The position numbers and the translations under genes are program-made. Shown here piece by piece: positions 17,433 to 24,904 of a stretch of DNA of 24,904 bases (the first letter of the stretch is position 1; each line of letters opens with the position of its first letter). The notes beneath the pieces are model-generated. The model was not told where the DNA came from. It was given only the letters and a program-made list of their open reading frames with translations, and did not search any database. This DNA comes from a virus (Duplodnaviria > Caudoviricetes), in the IMG/VR virus record IMGVR_UViG_3300025267_000107, positions 1 through 24,904 of that record; one strand, written 5' to 3'.

Positions 17433-17794
17433 TGCAGCCTTTAGAACTTTGGACACCTCAAGGCTCCACGTATGTAGGCGGTGAAGACACTGGCTACAAC
17501 GGTGAGACCGGGGTGTCCATTGTTGTGCATACGTTCCAGTTCCATGACCCCGTGACAGGTAGGTCACAGGTGGTTAAGATACCTGCAGACCCAGATATTT
17601 CTCAGGCGCACATTGAGGATATGGCAGCTCAGGCTCTGGAGACCTTCTTAATTGAGTGCCGTGTTAAGGACTCAAAGAAGAAGCCTACAGTGGCGCAGAG
17701 AAAGGAAATAGGTAAGCAGTTAAAAGAGTTTCGGGAGTACGCTCTCAAGAGGCGAGAGAGTACAAACAACAGAATCTATTACCGAGGTGTATAA
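17432..17794 (+). CDS. Hypothetical protein (120 aa)
   Basis: TAATG coupling to the upstream gene; basic helical C-terminus. Confidence 0.7.
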   Translation: MQPLELWTPQGSTYVGGEDTGYNGETGVSIVVHTFQFHDPVTGRSQVVKIPADPDISQAHIEDMAAQALETFLIECRVKDSKKKPTVAQRKEIGKQLKEFREYALKRRESTNNRIYYRGV

Positions 17795-17998
17795 ATGGTC
17801 GAACAGAATGGGGCAGGCAATCAAGAGTTCGGGTTAACACCCGAAGATATAAACGCAGCATTTCAGGCTCATCCGCAGGCTGCTCAGACGGCTCAGATTA
17901 ATCTTCTTAACAGGATTCTTGCTTCTCGTAACGAGGAGATAGAGTCTCTTAAGAAGGAGAACGAGTCCCTGAAGTCTAAGGTGAATGCCAAATCATGA
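17795..17998 (+). CDS. Small coiled-coil hypothetical protein (67 aa)
   Basis: GAGGT SD; abuts the upstream stop; heptad pattern NEEIESLKKENESLKSK. Confidence 0.65.
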   Translation: MVEQNGAGNQEFGLTPEDINAAFQAHPQAAQTAQINLLNRILASRNEEIESLKKENESLKSKVNAKS

Positions 17999-18007
17999 GG
18001 CTAGCCC

Positions 18008-19492
18008 ATGCCTGTACAGGGGAGAACCCGTAAACAGTTACGACAGTCCATTGGATATAATCTTGGGGCTGTATATGTATCGTCTACTTCAGGTAGCGGT
18101 GACACCACATCCCTGATAGACAACACCCTTATTGGTGGTGACGACAACTGGATTGGATACCATGTCCTGTTTACTGCCTCACCTAATGATGGTGTGCTTT
18201 CTAGGGTAAGTGACTTTGATGAGGGTGATACTGATATAACCCTAGCTCCAGCAGTCTCTGCTATAGGCAGCGGAGAATCGTATGAGTTATGGGAGCAGGG
18301 ATACCATCCCAATGCTATCCATGACTTCATCAATCAGGCAATCATAGATACTACGTCACAGGCTTATGACCCTATAGAACATCCTGATATGTCTAGCTCT
18401 CCCCATGTCGCATTACATGCTGATGGTAAGGCATTAAGATTTTCTATTCCAAGTAACGTCTCTATTATTAATCACCTGTACTATCGTAGTAGTGTTTCAT
18501 TTACCAGCTTACATAACTTGAATGCAGCTTTCGATGAGCATTCAACTCTTGTAACTACTACTCTGGATGGAGCTATAACAAGTACAACGGCAACTTCTGT
18601 TCCCGTTGCAAGTTCTACTCCATTAAGAGCAGACCAGCAGATTCTGGTTGATTCAGAAAAGATGACTATTAGTAGCATCTCTTCCAATACTCTTACGGTT
18701 AGTAGGGGAGCAGGTGGAACTACTGCTGCTACCCATTCTGATGGTGCGAGTGTCTTATTGTTTCCTGTAGTTGATACTGAGGATAAGAAACAGGGTACAG
18801 GAAGTAACAAGTTTATTATCCCTGCTGCTGCTGGAACTAACCAGATTGTTACAGAATCTATTGGGAGCAAAGATATAAGTAAATACGATTATCTTGAAGG
18901 TTGGATTAAAAGTACTGTTGATACCGCATCTGGTAACTTACAGATACTACTGGATGATACTGCCAGTTGCGCCAGCCCACTGGAATCACTGGATGTTCCA
19001 GCATTATCAGCAGATAGCTGGACCTACTTCCGTGTTAAGTTAGCTAATCCTGAAACAGATACTGCGATTATATCCATAGGATTTAAGCAGACAGGCACAG
19101 ACTTGGGGGCATGTACTGTATTTCTAGATGACTTAAAAGTAGTACAAAGTGATACTGCCGTATGGGAGATATTCCCCAAGCATCTATGGAAGATAGACCG
19201 TAGCGCAAGAGACCTTATCATTACTCAGGATGGTAAGTTCGAGGTAGGGTACGCCATGCTAAAGATAACTGGTGGTGACAAGCCAGCGTTACTCACGACT
19301 GACTCAGGGACAACAGAGATAGACGACTCGTACATAATAGCCAGAGCTACCGGGCTTGCCTTTGCTGCTAACTCAGGAGGGTCAACTACCGACCCAGACC
19401 AGAACAGGCAGCAGGCAGCGTTTTGGCTTGGCCTTGCTGAACAGGCAAAGAGGGCGTTCCCCTTACTGATTACAGGTAGGTCCGTTGAGTAA
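18008..19492 (+). CDS. Putative head-tail adaptor (tail tubular protein A-like) with inserted beta domains
   Basis: Helical N-terminus TRKQLRQSIG, IHDFINQAI helix, and C-terminal YIIARATGLAF..AAFWLGLAEQAKR helices typical of podovirus adaptors; precedes the nozzle-like gene. Confidence 0.55.
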   Translation: MPVQGRTRKQLRQSIGYNLGAVYVSSTSGSGDTTSLIDNTLIGGDDNWIGYHVLFTASPNDGVLSRVSDFDEGDTDITLAPAVSAIGSGESYELWEQGYHPNAIHDFINQAIIDTTSQAYDPIEHPDMSSSPHVALHADGKALRFSIPSNVSIINHLYYRSSVSFTSLHNLNAAFDEHSTLVTTTLDGAITSTTATSVPVASSTPLRADQQILVDSEKMTISSISSNTLTVSRGAGGTTAATHSDGASVLLFPVVDTEDKKQGTGSNKFIIPAAAGTNQIVTESIGSKDISKYDYLEGWIKSTVDTASGNLQILLDDTASCASPLESLDVPALSADSWTYFRVKLANPETDTAIISIGFKQTGTDLGACTVFLDDLKVVQSDTAVWEIFPKHLWKIDRSARDLIITQDGKFEVGYAMLKITGGDKPALLTTDSGTTEIDDSYIIARATGLAFAANSGGSTTDPDQNRQQAAFWLGLAEQAKRAFPLLITGRSVE

Positions 19493-21468
19493 TGGCAAAC
19501 AAGGTAGTCGACAAGAACGAGATATATCTTAACAATACTTACTATCCCATAGTCCGACCAGTTCAAAGCGTGCTTGCCTCCATCTACCCTGCAAAGGTAG
19601 TTATAGGTGACACTACACGGGACAGCCAGATACGCTCATCCGTAATCTCTTGGTCTGACTGGCGTGGAGGTATCGGTGTCGAGAGGATGCAGGGGCCAGC
19701 GGACGCTGATAGGGCGTGGTGGTCTAACTGCCAGTTACGATACAGGCATCACCTTGTACTTCCTGCTCTGGCCAACCAGACGACTACCGAGATAACAGGT
19801 GGTTCCACTGCTATTAGTGGGGCCATAACCATGCTTGCCGAGCTTGGCACCAAGATGTACGCAAGCTGGGATTTAGCCCCGTATTACTACGTTAAAGCAT
19901 CCAATGATTGGACTAGAGTAACTAGTGGGGGGAGTGCTTACTCCTTTCCATCTACTCCTACAGATGCTATTACTGTCAGGATGGGAGGGACAGACTACGT
20001 AGTTGTTGCCCATCGTAATACAGGTTCAGGGGCAAGTGGATACAGTTATTTTGCTAATGCTACAACAGTTGTTAATAAAACTAATTCAGCAACAACTTCA
20101 CTGGCAAGTTCAGGTGCTGCAATTCCAACTGAGTTTATCGCCTTCTGGGATGATAGATTATGGGGGATAAGTAGTACGGGTCAGTTATGGTACACACTTA
20201 CTATATCTGGTGACCCTGTTGCTGATGCACAGTTACCAGTACCGGATGATTATGTTACTGACCTATTCGTAGGTCGTGACGCTCAGGGAGAGCAGATACT
20301 CTACGCATCCACTCAGATAGGGTTATATGCTCATGATGTTGCCAATGCCAGATTCGTTGAGACACAGTTCCATCTTCCCTTTCACCAGTTCAACGGTTCC
20401 GGCTCAGTGAGATGGCGTGACTCCATCTACAGTCCTTCCGGGCTGGGTATATACAAGTACATCAACGGTAACATCCATGCTGTTATATCTGTCATGGGTC
20501 CAGACCGTGATGACGGGTTGCCTTCAGATAAGAGGGGAACTATTAAGAAACTTGCAGGAACACATACCGAGTTACTTGCTGCAGTAGATGCCACCACAGC
20601 CCCTCACGACGTTGCAACGACTGATATACCATACCAATCAGTATCACATGGCTGCTTTGGTTCTCATTGTATGGAGGGGGATTCGGGATTTTCATCCATC
20701 ATAGCGTGGAATGATACGGGGTGGGAGACAAAGTGGCGAGCTGCTGATGCAGGAAAGGCTATTGACCAGATGATGGTCACCAATGCAGGGCAGGGAGACT
20801 ACAGGTTATGGTGGGGGTTTGACGGTAATGTGTACCACCAGATGGTTCCGTTCGATATCATAAATCCTTCACAGCTTAATGAATATGAGTACGCATTGTC
20901 TGGTGAGCATGAGACTCCTTGGTTCGATGCCCAGCAGACAGAGGTGGACAAGACTGCGCTCAAGCTGAAAATAGAAACATCAGGATGTTCTTCTACTGAG
21001 ACTGTTAAGGTTTATTACTATCTGAATTACGCAGATGCTGAATATGAAGCTGGTTCAACAATTACTTCGAGTACAGATGTGAACACCTATACCTTTGGTT
21101 CCGGGCTGGGTACAACCTTCAGGGCTATCAAGTTCAAGATAGAGCTGGCACGTGCATCTGGTTCGGACAACCAAGAAAAGACACCTGACGTTATCTCTGT
21201 AACGCTGGAGTATCGAAAAAAGATGGATGCCAAGTGGGGCCATACCGTTGAAGTAGACCTTAACAAGAACTACAAGGGTAACAGTCCCAAGGAATTAAGA
21301 GCTAATCTCGTATCTGCTATAGAGACTACCAACCTAGTAGAGTTTACATTCAGGGACGACGATAGCACTGAACGTAACTACTACGTGGATATAGCATCTG
21401 CTACGGGACTTGAGTACACAGGACACGATGAGCGTGGCTCTTCACGTATCACGATGGTTGAGCCATGA
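19492..21468 (+). CDS. Putative tail nozzle (tail tubular protein B / P22 gp10-like beta-propeller)
   Basis: 658 aa, Trp-rich beta repeats (SDWRGGIG, AFWDDRLWG, WRDSIY), C-terminal ETPWFD..DKTALKLKI..FRAIKFKIEL; synteny after the adaptor. Confidence 0.6.
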   Translation: MANKVVDKNEIYLNNTYYPIVRPVQSVLASIYPAKVVIGDTTRDSQIRSSVISWSDWRGGIGVERMQGPADADRAWWSNCQLRYRHHLVLPALANQTTTEITGGSTAISGAITMLAELGTKMYASWDLAPYYYVKASNDWTRVTSGGSAYSFPSTPTDAITVRMGGTDYVVVAHRNTGSGASGYSYFANATTVVNKTNSATTSLASSGAAIPTEFIAFWDDRLWGISSTGQLWYTLTISGDPVADAQLPVPDDYVTDLFVGRDAQGEQILYASTQIGLYAHDVANARFVETQFHLPFHQFNGSGSVRWRDSIYSPSGLGIYKYINGNIHAVISVMGPDRDDGLPSDKRGTIKKLAGTHTELLAAVDATTAPHDVATTDIPYQSVSHGCFGSHCMEGDSGFSSIIAWNDTGWETKWRAADAGKAIDQMMVTNAGQGDYRLWWGFDGNVYHQMVPFDIINPSQLNEYEYALSGEHETPWFDAQQTEVDKTALKLKIETSGCSSTETVKVYYYLNYADAEYEAGSTITSSTDVNTYTFGSGLGTTFRAIKFKIELARASGSDNQEKTPDVISVTLEYRKKMDAKWGHTVEVDLNKNYKGNSPKELRANLVSAIETTNLVEFTFRDDDSTERNYYVDIASATGLEYTGHDERGSSRITMVEP

Positions 21469-21758
21469 TATTTGACTCAGGAACCACAACCGTAGGTACT
21501 GCTGGAACCGAGCAGCAGATATCCAATACGACTAACAAGGTTAGGTATATCAAGGTTAAGGCACTTGCAGCTAACTCAGGTATATCCTACTTCGGTGTGA
21601 GTGATATAACTGCTACCAACGGGTACGAGCTATCCGCTGGTAACGAGATAGAGATTAACCTTGCTGATGCAGGCGGTACGGTGCCTTTCAGTACATTCTA
21701 TGTTGACGTTGCCTCTAGCGGAGACAAGGTGTGCTGGGTGGTAATTCTTGACGGATGA
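21465..21758 (+). CDS. Small beta-rich virion protein (97 aa)
   Basis: ATGA overlaps on both sides; IKVKALAANSGISYFG..NGYELSAG pattern of small phage structural proteins. Confidence 0.6.
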   Translation: MIFDSGTTTVGTAGTEQQISNTTNKVRYIKVKALAANSGISYFGVSDITATNGYELSAGNEIEINLADAGGTVPFSTFYVDVASSGDKVCWVVILDG

Positions 21759-22153
21759 CTACAGGGCAGGGACTTCAGACACCACCTCAGGGATGGCCCG
21801 GTTCCAAGCCGGAGTGGGCATTCTATTCATCTCTTATTGAGCTTGGATATGAGCCTGATGAAGACTTCACGTACCAGTCACCGCTCATGGGTGGGAGGCT
21901 GGAGAAGGGAGGTACTATTATTGACTTCCTGTTCACCAATCCCCCAAACCTGGCTGTGAATGTACAGGGTGTATACTACCACTACGAGCTGGGGGGCGAG
22001 ATAAAGGCCCGTGACATCTTTGCAAGAGAGGCACTTGCCGGGCAGGGCACTACCCTTATATTTGTAGACGAGGATGACTTGGAACAGGATGCTATAGGAA
22101 CAACCAGAGACGCTCTCGCATTCAGGGACAGGTCTCGACTAGGAGGAAGATAG
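21755..22153 (+). CDS. Vsr/DUF559-like PD-(D/E)xK-fold protein, degenerate active site
   Basis: SKPE..L..LG..F.YQ..IIDF..LAVNVQGVYYH..RD..L..G..LIFVDEDD follows the DUF559/Vsr pattern. Confidence 0.55.
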   Translation: MTTGQGLQTPPQGWPGSKPEWAFYSSLIELGYEPDEDFTYQSPLMGGRLEKGGTIIDFLFTNPPNLAVNVQGVYYHYELGGEIKARDIFAREALAGQGTTLIFVDEDDLEQDAIGTTRDALAFRDRSRLGGR

Positions 22154-24904
22154 ATGGCTGCACCTACCATCAACTTCGCAGGATTCGTATATGACGACTC
22201 CGGGGACGCTGTTTCCGGGGCAACAATTCATATATACGATAAGAACTCCACGACTACAGCACGTGAGGCTTCTTCTGTAACTACTAACTCCAGCGGTTAC
22301 TACTCGTATTCCCATGCTACTGCAGGTGAGTTTGATACCGAGATAGTCAAGGGTACTTCAAAGCGCAGGTACAAGTTTGACGACAAGATTCACCTTTCTG
22401 AGATAGATGTAGAGAAGCTAAGCATACGTGGTAATAATACTGTTCTTGCTGGACTGTATCTATATGCAGACCAAGGGGCTGACGTTAAAGACCAGTGGTT
22501 AATAAATGCTAGGGATGGCGGTGAACTGGGGATTGGTAACGATGCTGCCTCACAGGGCACGTTCGTTGACCAGATAACCCTAACTCCTCATGCCACGATA
22601 GCATCATCTTCTGTCAAGATACCCGGCATCCTTGATGTTAACGGCTCTGTTGACTGGGATGTCACCGATGTACAGGTAGACTCATCAGGGGACATTGACC
22701 TTGTATCCAGTAGTAATACTGCTGCTGCTATATATCTTCATCAAAGTACTGGCACCAGTGGTACTATCAAGATTCATGCTGATACAGGAACAAGTGTTAC
22801 TGAGGGAGCTGAGTCTGTAAACATCCTGTCCGACGTTGGCGGTGTGGGCATCAGGTCCACAGCTAACTTGGCTAAGGCTGTGAATATTACCAGTGATGGC
22901 GGTACGACTGGCTCTATCGCCATATTCAATGACCAAGGAACTTCCGTAACGGAAGGCGCAGAATCTATTTCTTTACTCTCTGACGCTGGTGGCGTTGGTA
23001 TACGCAGTACGGCTAACCTAGCCAACGCTGTAAACATAACAGTGGATGGTGGAACTACTTCTACCATGACCCTGTTTAACGACCAAGGAACTTCAGTCAC
23101 AGAGGGGGCAGAGTCAATTGCTCTCCTCTCAGACGCAGGTGGGGTAGGAATAAGAAGTACCGCAAACCTAGCAAAGGCCGTCAATATAACAAGTGACGGT
23201 GGAACCACAGGTTCAATTGCTATCTTCAATGACCAAGGCACATCGGTTACAGAAGGAGCGGAGTCGATATCCCTTCTATCTGATGCAGGTGGAATAGGCA
23301 TAAGGTCTACTGCGGATTTGGCTAATGCGGTCAACGTGACAGTAGACGGTGGTACATCATCTACGATTACCCTGTTCAATGACCAAGGTACGACAGCTAC
23401 AGAAGGTGCTGCTTCTATACAGTTACTGTCTGATGTCGGTGGTATCAATGTAAAGTCAGGACTGAATGGGGCTAATGCCATTCTCCTGACTGCTGATGGT
23501 GGTACATCAGAGACTATCGTTATACATGCAGACCAAGGTACTGGTGCAGGTTCTATATCAGCCGTATCGGATGCAGGTGGAATAACACTGGATGCAGGGC
23601 TGGATATAGTTCTCTCCGCTGACGGTGGCAACGTCACTATGGATGACGGTACATTAACCATCTTTGATTTTGATGTAGACGGTACAACTCTGACGATACA
23701 TGATGACCAAGATACTGGTGACAAGGCTGTCATCACTATGGCTCAACATGGAGCGTTAAGCATAGTAACTACCGATGATGACGCAGCTGCAGCAAACATC
23801 CAGATAACAGCAGACGGTACTGCTGAGTTGGCAGGTACTACTGTCACCTTGGATTCCGCAGCCGACATAGAGCTAGAAGCAACTGACGATATTAATATTC
23901 CTTCTACCGTTGGGCTTACTTTTGCCGATGACGGACAGAAGATTGAGAGTGATGGCACTGACTTCACCATAGCGTCAGGGGCTGACTTGAATCTGACTAC
24001 TACTGGAGACATAGTTCTTAATGTCTCAGGTGCATCACAGCTTTATAACATCACTGACCGTGGCGATACTCTGGCGATAATGAGCCAGACCGATGATACA
24101 CAATCAGGAATAGAACTCTTTTCTAAGAAGGGTGACGGTGGCGACAATGTTCAATTCGAGGCTTACGGAAAAGGAACTCCCGCTTCATTTAGTAATCGTG
24201 AAATGCTACAGATGGGATATCTTGCGAGTGGTACAAAGTTCTACTTAAATCATGGTGCTGTTGGAACTGGCACAGTCAGAGACTTTGAAATTCAGGAAGA
24301 CGGAACCGCTTGGCTAACCAAAAACGCAACTGGCACAGTTGATATAACTGCTGACGTTAACATTTTTGGAACCACTCCCACCCTGAAGATAGGGGATGGA
24401 GGGGCAGAGAACACAAAGATAGTCTTTGATGGTACTGCCGTTGACTACTATATCGGGTTGGATGATGACCTTGGTGGTGGGGTGGGAGATGCCCTGAGAA
24501 TAGGTGAGGGAAGTACAGTTGGAACTACTCCATACATCAGTATATTCGCTGATGGCAAATATGCCTATCTTGCTGCTCTCGCAGGAACTGGTACTAGCTC
24601 AGGAGCATCTGACTACGCTGCTGGGTGGGTATTTTTTCCAGATATTACAAGTCATTCTGGAGACTCTGCTTTCGTAACCAGTATTGGAATGGGTTCGGCA
24701 TTCGGAGGTAGTAGTGTTCTAAACACTGGTGGAAATACCGCTGTTGCAGCCACCCTCTACCTATCTGAACCGGGCATAGCAACAAGCCATACGATTGACG
24801 ATGCTGCATCTCTCTATATTAAGGACGCTCCCACTGAAGGTACTCGTGACTACGCCCTCTTCGTGGACGCAGGGACGAGTCGGTTTGATGGGAATGTAGG
24901 TATT
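22154..24904 (+). CDS. Tail fibre / receptor-binding protein, truncated by window end (at least 917 aa)
   Basis: SD AGGAGG 22141-22146, ATG 22154; my translation stays open to the end (MAAPTINFAGFVYDDSGDAVSGATIHIY..LFVDAGTSRFDGNVGI); Gly/Thr/Asp-rich beta repeats. Missing from the ORF track because no stop is reached. Confidence 0.85.
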   Translation, partial: MAAPTINFAGFVYDDSGDAVSGATIHIYDKNSTTTAREASSVTTNSSGYYSYSHATAGEFDTEIVKGTSKRRYKFDDKIHLSEIDVEKLSIRGNNTVLAGLYLYADQGADVKDQWLINARDGGELGIGNDAASQGTFVDQITLTPHATIASSSVKIPGILDVNGSVDWDVTDVQVDSSGDIDLVSSSNTAAAIYLHQSTGTSGTIKIHADTGTSVTEGAESVNILSDVGGVGIRSTANLAKAVNITSDGGTTGSIAIFNDQGTSVTEGAESISLLSDAGGVGIRSTANLANAVNITVDGGTTSTMTLFNDQGTSVTEGAESIALLSDAGGVGIRSTANLAKAVNITSDGGTTGSIAIFNDQGTSVTEGAESISLLSDAGGIGIRSTADLANAVNVTVDGGTSSTITLFNDQGTTATEGAASIQLLSDVGGINVKSGLNGANAILLTADGGTSETIVIHADQGTGAGSISAVSDAGGITLDAGLDIVLSADGGNVTMDDGTLTIFDFDVDGTTLTIHDDQDTGDKAVITMAQHGALSIVTTDDDAAAANIQITADGTAELAGTTVTLDSAADIELEATDDINIPSTVGLTFADDGQKIESDGTDFTIASGADLNLTTTGDIVLNVSGASQLYNITDRGDTLAIMSQTDDTQSGIELFSKKGDGGDNVQFEAYGKGTPASFSNREMLQMGYLASGTKFYLNHGAVGTGTVRDFEIQEDGTAWLTKNATGTVDITADVNIFGTTPTLKIGDGGAENTKIVFDGTAVDYYIGLDDDLGGGVGDALRIGEGSTVGTTPYISIFADGKYAYLAALAGTGTSSGASDYAAGWVFFPDITSHSGDSAFVTSIGMGSAFGGSSVLNTGGNTAVAATLYLSEPGIATSHTIDDAASLYIKDAPTEGTRDYALFVDAGTSRFDGNVGI
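22781..23580 (+). repeat. Tandem 150-bp (50-aa) coding repeats, about 5 copies, in the tail fibre
   Basis: GACCAAGG (DQG) at 22931, 23081, 23231, 23381, 23531; DTG variant at 22781; unit DQGTSVTEGAESIxLLSDAGGVGIRSTANLAxAVNITxDGGT. Confidence 0.95.

Noticed and set aside
8001-22156. Amber (TAG) recoding or readthrough, since several TAG stops are in frame with the next gene (8003/8013, 16160/16170, 22153/22154)
   Set aside because: Conserved genes are not fragmented under code 11, each downstream gene has its own SD and start, and no suppressor tRNA is seen; 0- or 9-nt spacing is explained by stop/SD overlap.
22781-23580. Regular 150-bp periodicity as a CRISPR array or DGR template/variable pair
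   Set aside because: Repeats are coding, have no unique spacers, differ at synonymous rather than adenine-specific positions, and no reverse transcriptase or cas gene is present.
22774-23736. 320-aa minus-strand ORF with repeats
   Set aside because: Antisense shadow of the repetitive tail-fibre frame, which has an SD, a start and operon context.
652-24012. Numerous other minus-strand and nested alternative-frame ORFs in the track
   Set aside because: They overlap coherent, coupled + strand genes and show no recognisable motifs.

Overview
This window is the DNA-packaging and virion-morphogenesis module of a tailed dsDNA phage (or prophage), with a podovirus-like gene set. All credible genes are on the + strand and tightly packed. 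Order: Zn-ribbon protein fused to a small basic peptide, putative TerS, an orphan 400-aa protein, TerL, portal, three putative internal/ejection proteins (743, 121 and 2017 aa), sigma70-type promoter, scaffold, major capsid protein, Zn-finger protein, structured intergenic region, putative decoration protein, two small ORFs, head-tail adaptor, nozzle, small virion protein, Vsr/DUF559-like protein, and a repeat-rich tail fibre that runs off the end (absent from the ORF track). No tape measure, sheath, tRNA, integrase or CRISPR is seen, and the host cannot be determined. Best leads: (1) a shared N-terminal M-[PT]-H-x3-H motif on three otherwise unrelated proteins; (2) a pseudoknot/RBS-occluding RNA structure at 16576-16682; (3) an ADP-ribosyltransferase-like cassette bounded by direct repeats in the giant protein; (4) non-canonical catalytic motifs in TerL; (5) apparent absence of GATC and near-absence of CCWGG; (6) tail-fibre repeats identical in protein but extremely diverged at synonymous sites. 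All product calls come from motif recognition and synteny, not database searches.
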